This document shows positions 1-11,360 of a DNA stretch of 64,000 bases, in pieces (the stretch's first letter is position 1; every line of letters begins with the position of its first letter). A program made the position numbers and the translations under genes. The DNA lies in NCBI GenBank assembly GCA_964016885.1, contig OZ024743.1:30380001-30444000 (forward strand). Reading direction: 5' to 3'. A model generated the notes under the pieces. It did no database searches. It had not been told where the DNA came from and saw nothing but the letters and a program-made list of their open reading frames with translations. This DNA comes from Eledone cirrhosa (lineage: Eukaryota).

Positions 1-1363
1 TCTAGCTAATGCCTGGTTATAATACTGCGAGTTATAGTTAAATGTGTTTATGTCATAGGATAGATTAGAGATTCTAATATAGATATAGGGTGGTTAGACT
101 TGGTATCTACGTAGATGAGTTTTTCATTAGGTTTGTGGAAAGGTGTATATATCATTGAGTCTAGGAAGAGTGTGGCGTCTAGGAAGTTGACGTTTTCGGT
201 GTTTTTGTCCATGGTAATACTAAGGTTATAGCTTTTGAATGTTTTGTGCAATAGTTTTCTAGTTCTTTCTATATTGAATTTTTTATAATCTATAAGTAGA
301 AGTGCATTGTCGCGATACAAACCACCGCTGAGGTAAGGAAGGTCCCTATGGATTTGGTTAAGTAAATATAGGCCGACTAAATCAGTGACCTGCGCCGAGT
401 CACTAGACCCCATGGTAATGTCGAAGTTGTTTTGCGTATCCTTGCGGGTCCATAATTGGTCTTCAAAGGTGATTAGTGTTTTACGGGCCGCAAGTATGAC
501 ATCAATCTGGGGGTTTAGTCCATGGCCATTATAAGTGCCTTATTTAGTAGGATAGGGGAAATAGAGGTGTAGTAAGAATTGATATCAAATTGAATAAATT
601 TGTTATCCTTGCTATCTTTGATATTTTTGAACCATTCAATCACTTCACCCGTATTTCCCCATTGTTTAAGGTAAATCTTGTGTTTAATCTGTGGGATGAT
701 TTTATCTAGAATTTTTTTACTGATAATGCCAATGTCAAACTTGGAGGGGCAGATGAGTCTAATCGAGGGGTTGCTAATGAAGTCCTCCTTATGGTCCTTC
801 AGAGAGAATCTAGGGAGGTTTGGGGTATAAGGTTGTGTATGTCTCTGTAGCCCTAGTTTAGATACTATATTATAGCCTTCCATATTAATATCTTCTAAGT
901 TTTTCATAGTGGTTTTCTTGTAGCTTTTATGTAGTTCATTATATATAAACTTTCTATAAGTATTATAATATAGGCTGTATATGTTATTAGTTTTGTCGGC
1001 ATGTACAACAATTTTACTACTAGTTTTGAAATCATTAATAGAGGTGCTAATTTTGTTTAAGAAGGTGTTGTTTTTATTACGGTCTTTTTTTGTATTTAAT
1101 ATTCTTAACTGGTTTTATTAGGTCATTTTCGAAGTGGTTTAGTAGTTTGTTATGAGGGGCGCTTCAAAGGTTTTAAAGCCGAAGACGTCAAATTTGTTGG
1201 TATTATTATCCTTGCTAGATTTGTTTTTATCATAATGGAATGTCCTCCATCGCACTCTATTGATAAAGGAGTTTACACTGTTGATCAATAACTTTTCATA
1301 TGCATTTTTGGGTGGTATAGGTATGTTATTGGTTGACATAGGGAGTTGGTCTTTGATCAGCAT
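1..1363 (-). mobile_element. Penelope-like retroelement ORF (N-terminus + reverse transcriptase), frameshifted; runs off window start
   Basis: ORFs 1139-1363 (NIPIPPKNAYEKLLINSVNSFINRVRWRTF), 515-907 (LKDHKEDF..PSIRLICP..FIQFDINSYYTSI) and 48-413 (MGSSDSAQVTDLVG..LYRDNAL..VNFLDATL..HKPNEKLIYVDTKSNHP) give PLE RT motifs in the correct order. Confidence 0.9.
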
Positions 1364-1616
1364 GCTGGTAATTTATTGTATATCAGCACAACAATATGGA
1401 GCAGTTATTAGTATTAAGAATACTATTTATGGTTATGTATGTAATAAAACCTTTTATGGTTGTATATTGTTTATACAAACCCTAAACAGTGAAAGATAGT
1501 CATTAATTACTATCTTATTACCAGTAAGATAAATAGCTCAATGTAATAACATCGGTTGTTTTACAGAGCAGTTATATAGACATTACAATAATCAAAGTTC
1601 AGTTTAAATCATTTAT

Positions 1617-1665
1617 TTGTTTACAATTGTTTCCTCCAAACCGAGGTTTGGATTCTTCGGAGCAA
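1617..1665 (-). ncRNA. Type I hammerhead ribozyme (PLE pLTR), sense to the PLE ORF
   Basis: Minus strand TTGCT-CCGAAGA-atccaaac ctcg gtttggag-GAAA-CAATTG-TA-AACAA; one stem I mismatch; palindromic stem III. Confidence 0.75.
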
Positions 1666-2932
1666 CTATTTAGTGATCTATAACATACTTGACCTCCTTT
1701 GCAACACAATAGACATATAAAAACATGTGCACATATTGATCCACAGTGGGATGACATCCATCAAATTGATATAGCATGGCAATTTACATATAAAGGTTAA
1801 AGGATAAAGATAAAAATAAAAATAAAAATTAAGCATTGGCAGTCTATCAAGATAAAGCAAGAGGAAAGTTTAGAGTAGTCAGTGTATGAAACAATCTCAC
1901 GTGTAGCATGCACGCGTGTCTTATTTATACAGGATTAGAGTGCGTCAGAATGTTACTTGCAGGGTCAGGCAGTTGAAGCAGGCAATCAATATTATTATGT
2001 GGGCTGAATTAGTAAATCATTTTTTCGCATACACCTGTATGATAGACAGTCGCGAATGTGGAGAAACACCAAAATATCAAAAATATCAAACATATTATAA
2101 AACATATTATATCGTAGGCAAAACAGTACCACTGTCTTCGCGCACACCACCACTCACATAATCCATGAGACGCAATATATAGACCACGGGTCTATCATAT
2201 AATTCACGATGGTTCAGCATATAACCAAGTTATAAACTGTATCTTGTCGATTCTTAATTAATAGATCATGTTGTTTAGTTTTGTGTGATAGACTGCCAAT
2301 ATGATTAATATAAACTGTAGACATGATCTATTAATTAAGAATCGACAAGATACGGTTTATAACTTGGTTATATGCCGAACCATCGTGAATTATATGATAG
2401 ACCCGTGGTCTATATATTGCGTCTCATGTATTATGTGAGTGGTGGTGTGCGCGAAGACAGTGGTACTGTTTTGCCTACGATATAATATGTTTTATAATAT
2501 GTTTGATATTTTTGATATTTTGGTGTTTCTCCACATTCGGGACTGTCTATCATACAGGTGTATGCGAAAAAATGATTTAATAATTCAGCCCACATAATAA
2601 TATCGATTGCCTGCTTCAACTGCCTGACCCTGTAAGTAACATTCTGACGCACTCTAATCCTGTATAAATAAGACACGCGTGCATGCTACACGTGGGATTG
2701 TTTCATACACTGACTACTCTAAACTTTCCTCTTGCTTTATCTTCATAGACTGCCAATGCTTCATTTTTATTTTTATTTTTATTTTTATCTTTATCCTTTA
2801 ACCTTTATATGTAAATTGCCATGCTATATCATTTTGATGGATGTCATCCCACTGTGTATCAATATGTGCATATGTTTTTATATGTCTCTTGTGCTGAAAA
2901 GGAGGTCAAGTATGTTATAGATCACTAAATAG

Positions 2933-2981
2933 TTGCTCCGAAGAATCCAAACCTCGGTTTGGAGGAAACAATTGTAAGCAA
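2933..2981 (+). ncRNA. Type I hammerhead ribozyme
   Basis: TTGCT-CCGAAGA-atccaaac ctcg gtttggag-GAAA-CAATTG-TA-AGCAA. Stem I TTGCT/AGCAA, U4C core variant, GUA cleavage predicted after 2976. Confidence 0.85.
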
Positions 2982-3015
2982 ATAAATGATTTAAACTGAA
3001 CTTTGATTATTGTAA

Positions 3016-3053
<38 letters not shown>

Positions 3054-3261
3054 CGTATGTGTGTGTGTATGTGTGTGTTATATGATATATTTGTTTATTT
3101 AATAAAATATACTATCTTATCTACACTTCTCTTTTTTACCTTAATATTATATATTTCACTAACATTTATTTCATTGACGTATGTTTGAAAAGTATATACG
3201 ACAAATATATGTTAGATAGGCATATAACATAATCACATACATTTAACTGTCTATATATACT

Positions 3262-4266
3262 TCAATACTGATTAATGTTCAGAGGCATATTCAGCATTCT
3301 CGTGTAGCACCCATCCATCATCTGATTGAGTTTCGTGGTCAGTGACCAACTCTCAAACCCACACAGCAGCACAGCCTCCACTACAGCAATGAAGAGGCGG
3401 ATTTTCAGGTTTTTACGATAGTCCGATTTCCACACCGATCCCAAGCTGTGGCACGCCGCCGAGGCTTTGGTCTTCCTCTCAACCACATCATCTTCCGTAT
3501 TCCCAATCTTTGCTACAAAATACAGGAAGTCCTCAACCAATTCTAGCGGCTTACCGCCTACATTAGTGATCCCCTCTGGCTTCTCAACATTCTCTACCAG
3601 ATATTTTGTTTTAGTCTCATTCATTCTCAGTTCCACACTCGTCGACACATTCCCAACCTCCTACATCAAATCCTTTGCCTCCTTCACTGTATGTGTTACC
3701 AATACTATGACGTCTGCAAATTCAGCACCCGATATCTTTTTCGCCTTAACTCTCCTGCTCTGAGCCGTTGCTACAGTAAAGCCAGAGTCCTGGTGTTTCT
3801 CCAGTGCAAGGCCCATACAATAGTCCACTACGATGATAAAAAGGTAGGGAGCCAGTGTATCTCCCTGGAGCACTCCAGCCAGTATCTCAAAGAACTCTGC
3901 CATCCCATCAGGTGTAATGACTTGGGTTTTGGTGTTGGTGTAGAACAGTGATACCAGGTCCACAATCTTCTTGGGGATTCCATAAGCCTGTAAGATCTTC
4001 ATCAGGCATGACAGTCCACAGAATCAAAGGCCTGTATGGGAGCCTCCCAAATGTCAGCTCAAAAGTGACACATAGGAGACTGCGGTTAGCTGGACTTGTT
4101 CACCGACATCAAGATTTGACATTACACTCAGTGCTCCCGTGGGAGCCCCTACATGGACACACTGGAAGAGGGAAGACCAAGGTTAACGTATGTTGATGCC
4201 CTAAGGACAGACACTGGTCTGCTGGAGACGCAGGACATCGCAGCGTTAATGAGGACAGAGACCGCT
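3262..4266. mobile_element. RTE-clade LINE fragment with 5' inversion (RT on minus 3262-~4003; C-terminus on plus ~4004-4266)
   Basis: Minus: GVLQGDTLAPYLFIIVVDY, EFADVIVL, LRMNETKTKY, DGCYTRML. Plus: [35 protein letters not shown]. Confidence 0.85.
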
Positions 4267-4267
4267 A

Positions 4268-4502
<235 letters not shown>

Positions 4503-4515
4503 ATAGTAATAGTAA

Positions 4516-4900
4516 TAATAATAAATTTGAAGACTAAAATTCAAAGAGGGCTCGATAAGGATATATATATATCAAATATATAAGAACCGTAGAGCAAATA
4601 TTTATTAAAATAACAGATTAAAGTTTAAGCAAAGAATCGCTGCTTTCACCCTTAACGGGATCTTCTGAAACTAACAAAGTCAATATGTAAACGCAGAACT
4701 GGATATTTCAAAAAACGTTGCAATCGGAGGAAGACAGGAAGACGATACTTTGGTTCGTGGAAACGTTCGCTGGCAAAGAACGGGAAAAAACGAATATAAT
4801 ACGTCATTAATAGGAGCGGTGAAAAACAATTACGCGCAAAGACAGAACCACGTTTATGGTATAACAGAGGTCGTAGACTAATGTTCTCTGGCAATGAACG
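4516..4900 (-). mobile_element. pLTR-like repeat (same family as 8628-8982)
   Basis: 4516-4672 matches 8630-8784; carries an HHR-like motif. Confidence 0.65.
4622..4672 (-). ncRNA. Hammerhead-like motif, CAGAAGA core variant
   Basis: Minus AGTTT-CAGAAGA-tccc gttaa gggt-GAAA-gcag cgattc tttgc-TT-AAACT. Confidence 0.5.
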
Positions 4901-4917
4901 AAAAAAAATATATATAT

Positions 4918-5373
4918 AGAATAAGTAAAAGCGAAGTAGTTTGAGATGTTCAAGCCCTTTAATAATAATGCGAGTGTCGTGACATCATCAGACAGCTTGT
5001 TACATAATGAGGTTATGTTTCCGAGGCAATCCAAGTTGAATCGACATGGGAACGGACGAAGTGTGTGCTTTTGGGTTCTTCATCCGTTCCCCTGTGAGCA
5101 CCAATTCACCTCCACCGGTCTGCGCAGGCGGTGAGGGTGAATTGGTGCTCTCAGGGGAACGGATGAAAAACCCAAAAGCACACACTTCGTCCGTTCCCAT
5201 GTCGATTCAACTTGGATTGCCTCGGAAACATAACCTTATTATGTAACAAGCTGTCTGATGATGTCACGACACTCGCACACAGAACAGTGTGGCAGTGTCG
5301 TCATTGAAATATATATCACAGCATTATTATTAAAGGACTTGAACATCTGAATCTACTTCGCTTTTACTTATTC
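4918..5373. repeat. Inverted repeat/palindrome centred ~5123 (pLTR-like)
   Basis: 4969-5277 is a near-perfect hairpin. Outer arms 4918-4970 and 5321-5373 also pair. The left arm lacks ~44 bp that form the 3' half of the HHR. Confidence 0.9.
5250..5322 (+). ncRNA. Type I hammerhead ribozyme with extended stem II
   Basis: GCTGT-CTGATGA-tgtc acgacact cg cacac agaaca gtgtg gc agtgtcgt catt-GAAA-TATATA-TC-ACAGC. Perfect stem I; AUC cleavage predicted after 5317. Confidence 0.85.
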
Positions 5374-5559
5374 GATATTTACTCCGTCACTCCTATGTGG
5401 AAAAAGTACGTTGAGTGCTTGAATTGAATTGCATCAATATTTACCCTAAGTATATATATATAAATAGATAGATAGATAGATATAGATATTTATAAGCAAT
5501 AGTTGACGTATATAGTAGTTAAATATTCGTTATTGTGTTTGTAATAGTTGAAATATTGT

Positions 5560-5990
5560 AGCTCTTTTTAGGGCAAGTGGAAAGGATTGTTGATTTTCTA
5601 TTTAATATGTTCGGATTTAATGATGTGGTGAGATTCGATGAGACACAATCTACATATTCTATTGCTACGTTTATAGGCAGAGGATCTGATTAATATTTCC
5701 CAATTCAATGTGTAGTGTATATTCTTAGTTTGTAATTACCAGATAAACCAGCTAATGTGGCCATATATTTTTGTTTAGCTTTTCTAAAAGAATAAAGATG
5801 AGAATTAAATCGTATTCTGGAACTATTTGTGGTCGTTCCTATGTAATATTTAGGCTGTCAAGAATAATTAACTCCAACCATATAGTATATTATCAGTTAA
5901 ACAATTACGGTTAAGTGGGTATAACGTTTCATCTCTTCAGTTACAATTTGGATTAATTATAGTGTTAGTATGAGGGAATATAAATATTAG
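5560..5990 (-). mobile_element. Decayed PLE GIY-YIG endonuclease fragment
   Basis: Manual minus-strand translation with stops/shifts: NCN*R..YPLNRNCLTDNILY..KYYIGTTTNSSRIRFNSH..LNWEILIRSSAYKRSNRICRLCLIE. Confidence 0.75.
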
Positions 5991-6013
5991 GTTAATATTA
6001 TTAATTCCAATAA

Positions 6014-6197
6014 GGGCGTGGATTGGCAGTATCGGTGGAGGGTCAGACGCCATGCTTTCTAGCATAGTTACGTCCTTTTACGATCTGAGTTCAAATCCCG
6101 CCGAGGTTGACTTTGCCTTTCATCTTTACGGGGTCGATAAAATAAATAACCAGTAATGCACTGGGTAATTGCTGGCCTTGTGCCTAAAGTAGAAACA
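6014..6197 (+). mobile_element. tRNA-derived SINE (octopus-type)
   Basis: A-box-like TGGCAGTATCGG, B-box GAGTTCAAATCC, body GACTTTGCCTTTCATC..GGGGTCGATAAAATAA; 17-bp TSD ATTATTAATTCCAATAA at 5997-6013 and 6198-6214. Confidence 0.9.
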
Positions 6198-6263
6198 ATT
6201 ATTAATTCCAATAATATGGTGGATGTGGGTGTTATTTATAGCAACAGGTAGTGTGTTATCAAT

Positions 6264-6430
6264 AGGGTCGGACGCCATGCTTTCCAGCATAGTTACGTCC
6301 CTTAACGATCTGAATTCAAATCCCGCCGAGGTTGACTTGGCCTTTCATCCTTACGGGGTCGAGAAAATAAAGTACCAGTAATGCACTGGCTAATTGCTGG
6401 CCTTGTGCCTAAAGTAGAAACAATTATTAT
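6264..6430 (+). mobile_element. SINE, same family, 5'-truncated
   Basis: High similarity to 6040-6200. Confidence 0.85.
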
Positions 6431-6934
6431 TATGCGAAAGGTTATTTTGGTTATGTTTGTTATATACCTTTAATGGTTTTATTATTCGGTTTAAAGGATT
6501 TAATTGTTCTTTTTTTAATTTCCCTATAGTTACTCAGCTGTAGAAATGTGTGGCGATCCAAATCAATGGGTGGTAGTAGTTCCAGCTGCAAGCAAGGAAT
6601 AAGTGGTGTAGTGTTTCTGAGAACAACACGGCTTTGCAAATGATCAATGCAAATTAACAATGGAAGGCTGCTCCCGATCGAGGTAGAAGAGAACTATTGG
6701 CCTTCAGGAGAAACAGCGACCACTGATAGTATTCAGCAACCGAAACAAATATGGAGTACACCAAATCCAATGCTCTTAGATATAATTATTCAAATCTAAT
6801 TTTGCGGCGATATTAGTTTTGATTGACAATGAGTGTTTAATCGTCTTTTATTAATTAGTCTCTCTCCCTCTCTTTTTCTCTCTCTCTCTCTCTCAATCTC
6901 TACCTCACTCTCTCTTTATCTATATACATACATA

Positions 6935-6965
<31 letters not shown>

Positions 6966-6968
6966 GTG

Positions 6969-7027
<59 letters not shown>

Positions 7028-7087
7028 TTATGTTGTGTGTATGCGACTGTGTATGCGATTGTGTATATTTCTATGAGTATATATATG

Positions 7088-7154
<67 letters not shown>

Positions 7155-7188
7155 AGATTTGAATGGATACAGTTTAGTTGAAAGGAAT

Positions 7189-7305
7189 TTATTGACACGT
7201 GTTTCTATAACAGTTACATAACCTAAAACAGCTATCTACAAACTTTTAGTTATGCAGACATTCAATATTTCAATGTTATTATTTACTGTCATTTCATCAG
7301 AATAA
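7189..7305 (-). ncRNA. Type I hammerhead ribozyme, long stem II (mirror of 7714-7830)
   Basis: Reverse complement of 7714-7830. Confidence 0.8.
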
Positions 7306-7713
7306 TATTACTGAGGACCTATTTAGTTTTTATAGAGAATATTAGGAGGGAGGGGTGAAGTTGTTAGAAGAATAGTTGAAGGAGTGGTTTTTCGATAGCA
7401 GTGAGAATTCTTGGTGGCAGTGAGTAATTAGATTCCCATCTGTTGTTTTGACATTTTTTATAGAATATATTATTGGTTATTTTTCTAAATCTATAGAAGG
7501 ATTAGAGATAGTAAAGATCCTTATATAGATTTAGAAAAATAACCAATAATATATTCTATAAAAAATGTCAAAACAACAGATGGGAATCTAATTACTCACT
7601 GCCACCAAGAATTCTCACTGCTATCGAAAAACCACTCCTTCAACTATTCTTCTAACAACTTCACCCCTCCCTCCTAATATTCTCTATAAAAACTAAATAG
7701 GTCCTCAGTAATA

Positions 7714-7830
7714 TTATTCTGATGAAATGACAGTAAATAATAACATTGAAATATTGAATGTCTGCATAACTAAAAGTTTGTAGATAGCTGTTTTAGGTTA
7801 TGTAACTGTTATAGAAACACGTGTCAATAA
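7714..7830 (+). ncRNA. Type I hammerhead ribozyme with ~88-nt stem II region
   Basis: TTATT-CTGATGA-a atgacagt...actgttat a-GAAA-CACGTG-TC-AATAA. GUC cleavage predicted after 7825; palindromic stem III. Confidence 0.8.
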
Positions 7831-7997
7831 ATTCCTTTCAACTAAACTGTATCCATTCAAATCTTTCTATTTTTCTCCGGATTACTTTTGGAACTACAAC
7901 TGGAACCGTCGAGCAAACTCTACGTGAGCTGATAATCTACTGTGTGTAATATTTATATTACAACACAACGGAAAATACTGTATATATATATATATAT

Positions 7998-8133
7998 ATA
8001 GTTATGATGAGAGTTATAATTTGAGTGGTACCAAAATACCTGTGACGTCTTTTGAGATACATATATATATATATCTCAAAAGACGTCACATGTATTTTGG
8101 TACCACTCAAGTCATAACGCACATTATAACTGT
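7998..8133. repeat. Short palindrome centred on a (TA)n run
   Basis: TTGAGTGGTACCAAAATACCTGTGACGTCTTTTGAGAT ... ATCTCAAAAGACGTCACATGTATTTTGGTACCACTCAA, with weaker outer arms. Confidence 0.85.
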
Positions 8134-8543
8134 AATAGCTGAACCAATGTAGATATGACACATCACACACTGTTAAATAAGTCCTCTAAACGAAATATGT
8201 TCCTTTTAAATGTTATTGACGTTCAATTGTTTACTCCATGTGGAAATTTATAAACATACATCTATAAAAATAAATAATATACAATGTTTGTTTCCAATAT
8301 TACTTTAAAGCTATTTTATTTCTGTTAAGTATAAATTTGAAAAGAAAATTCTCAAATTGAAAGGACATTAATGGTTTAACAAAGTTGTTAAACAGAAAGA
8401 AAAATATATTAATATGAAAATGGAAAATATAAAATTTGAAATGGTAAAGTCACAGAGGTGGAAAATATACTTATCCTCTTTGTTCGTTTTTCTCCGTCTC
8501 TCACACACATACAAACAAACACAGATACACACACTCACAGGTA

Positions 8544-8626
<83 letters not shown>

Positions 8627-8627
8627 T

Positions 8628-8982
8628 AAAATAATAAATTTGAAGACTAAAATCCAAAGAGGGCTCGATAAGAATAAATATATATCAAATATATAAGAAC
8701 CATAGAGCAAATATTTATAAAAATAACAGATTAAAGTTTAAGCAAAGAATCGCTGCTTTCACCCTTAACGGGATCTTCTGAAACCAAAAAACCCAATTTA
8801 AGAATGCATTGCCATGGGACGTTTCCACGAATCACAGTTTGGTCTTCCTGTCCTCCTCCGGTTGCAACGTTTTCTGAAATATTTACTTCTCCGTTCACAG
8901 ATTGACTTTTTTTAGTTTCAGAAGATCCCGTTAAGGGTGAAAGCAGCGATTCTTTGCTTAAACTTTAATCTGTTATTTTAAT
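8628..8982. mobile_element. pLTR-like repeat with terminal inversion
   Basis: 8720-8784 is inverted at 8915-8979; same family as 4516-4900; bounded by (TA)n on both sides. Confidence 0.75.
8914..8964 (+). ncRNA. Hammerhead-like motif, CAGAAGA core variant (mirror copy 8735-8784 on minus)
   Basis: AGTTT-CAGAAGA-tccc gttaa gggt-GAAA-gcag cgattc tttgc-TT-AAACT; all three stems can form. Confidence 0.55.
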
Positions 8983-9477
<495 letters not shown>

Positions 9478-10136
9478 AGCTGGCTTGAAAGGCTGGCGCC
9501 CGGCTAGGTATACCTGCCTCCACCACTCTACTTCAAAGATACCACACAACCTCCCGTGTAACACTGTCCTTCCGACTTCGTAGCAAAGGGGAGGAGCTAC
9601 CATAGAAATGAGTTTAAAAAGAAAGAGTTAAGCTGTATTGTTAATATACATACATACATACATACATATATACGCCCGTGTGCTTTATAAGTATTGATAT
9701 ATCTGTGTGTGTGTTCGTGTATGTGTATGTGTGATTGTGTATGTGTGTATGTGCATGTGTGTGTCTGTGTGTTTTGTTTTGATGTTATCCGGCAATTGGC
9801 GAAATCAGGTGTGAAAGTATGTGTATGTGTGTGTGCGTGTGTATGTGTGTGTATGTGTGTGTGTGTTACTTATGCGAGCGAGGACAGATGAAATATATAC
9901 CACGGAAGTGAACATTATGTTTCAATTACCGCTACATTTGGTCATACACATTGTTTATTTCAAAATTATTTTAATGTCTCTCTCTATCTCTCCCTCTCTC
10001 TTTGAATAACTAACACTTTAATTGTATATCTCTCTGTCTAACAGACTATCTCTCTCTTTTCTATTCCTTCTGTTTTTCTGTCTCCCTCTGTAGATGTGTG
10101 TGTAGTTTTCCTAATCTTTCTCTGTCTCTCTCTCTC

Positions 10137-10177
<41 letters not shown>

Positions 10178-10614
10178 AAGGGAGATACGGAAACTAAAAC
10201 AGCGTTGTCATATAGAGAGTGAAGAGCGACAGAGAGAGTAAAGCTAAGAAACTATAGGGAGGTGTGTAGGATACATAAATACATAAAACATACAAAAGAC
10301 GCTCACCTTTATAATAGTATAGATATACGTGTGTGTGTGTCTGTGTTTGTGCATGTGTGTAGGTGTGTATGTATTGATTATTGAAACACTTAAATTGCTT
10401 TTGCTAAACAGTAATACAATTTAAACTTATTTTATCTCCACTTTCATCTTTACACAATTTGTAAAGTAATGCATGGGTAATTTTGGTATGAGTGTATTTA
10501 TCTAAACATTGATATATTTTCATAAAAACACGTACCATTGTGCATGTGTTTTTCATCTTTTTTTTTTCATTCCTCCTGCTTCTTCAGTTTATTCCTCATC
10601 CCATTTTCCATCAT

Positions 10615-10779
10615 CAAACTTCTTCTTTTTCTACTTCTTTTTCTTCTTCTTTTTTCTTTTTCTTCTTCTTTTTCTTCTTTTTTTCTTCTTCTTTTTCTTA
10701 TTTTCTTTCTTTTTTCTTCTTCTTCTTCTTCTTCTTCTTCTTCTTCTTCTTCTTCTTCTTCTTCTTCTTCTTCTTCTTC
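10615..10779. repeat. (TTC)n / polypyrimidine tract
   Basis: Direct reading. Confidence 0.95.
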
Positions 10780-11039
10780 AATGGGTTTACTGAATATGCT
10801 GCCCACTCTATTATTTATATGTATTATGAATGTAGTTGAAATTTGCCAATGTCTTGCCCTATAATCATGTATGACATCACATAGCGGCACCTTATTATAG
10901 TGTTCATGTTTTAAAACACACCATATACACAGAGGAAGACAAAAAAAGAAACACAACAAAAATATCAATGATCATCGTGTCGAAATAATTAAATAACTTA
11001 TTAATATTGTATACCTTCTGATAAATTCAAATTTATAAA

Positions 11040-11360
11040 TTTCCTCTTTAAGTTATGCTGTTATGTCATGCTCAAACACGCACAAACCTTCATAGAATTT
11101 ATCAGTGCGCGATTAAATTCTACAACTCTCGTCAATAAAATCTGGCAACTTAAGGACAAACACCTTGATTATAATATTAGCTGGTCGAATTGGCGACTTC
11201 AAAGACATATAGCAGAGGTATGTCCTACTGCGGGCTCTGCAACCTTGAATTGCTGCATATCTTAAGGAAAGATAACATTCTACTCAACAGCAAAATAGAA
11301 AGGTCAATTTTCTGCAGACACAGGATTGCTACAAAATTCGCGAGATTTAAACCACCGTGA
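11040..11360 (+). mobile_element. PLE GIY-YIG endonuclease C-terminal remnant followed by C/T-rich pLTR-like sequence
   Basis: NSTTLVNKIWQLKDKHLDYNISWS..TSKTYSRGMSYCGLCNLE..LNSKIERSIFCRHR; homologous to 52450-52810 and 5560-5990. Confidence 0.8.

Larger units (their letters stand above)
1582..3016. repeat. ~1.43 kb inverted repeat (arms 1582-2271 and 2321-3016, ~49 bp spacer); inverted pLTR upstream of the PLE ORF
   Basis: Arms are near-identical reverse complements. Mirrored ORFs 1678-1860(-)/2732-2920(+) and 1916-2161(+)/2431-2676(-). Each arm carries a hammerhead. Confidence 0.95.
7149..7870. repeat. ~720 bp essentially perfect palindrome (pLTR-like), spacer ~7503-7516
   Basis: I could find no mismatch between the arms by eye except near the apex; the left end abuts (TA)n. 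Confidence 0.95.

Noticed and set aside
1678-2920. Paired near-identical ORFs on opposite strands (also 5000-5246, 50711-51985)
   Set aside because: By-products of inverted repeats; no protein motifs
6014-6105. Possible tRNA genes (also 16676-16740)
   Set aside because: A/B boxes are present but there is no cloverleaf; they continue into SINE bodies, with TSDs where visible
7926-7980. CTGATAA..hairpin..GAAAATAC hammerhead-like motif
   Set aside because: G8 is mutated and there is no stem III or stem I before the TA tract; unsupported
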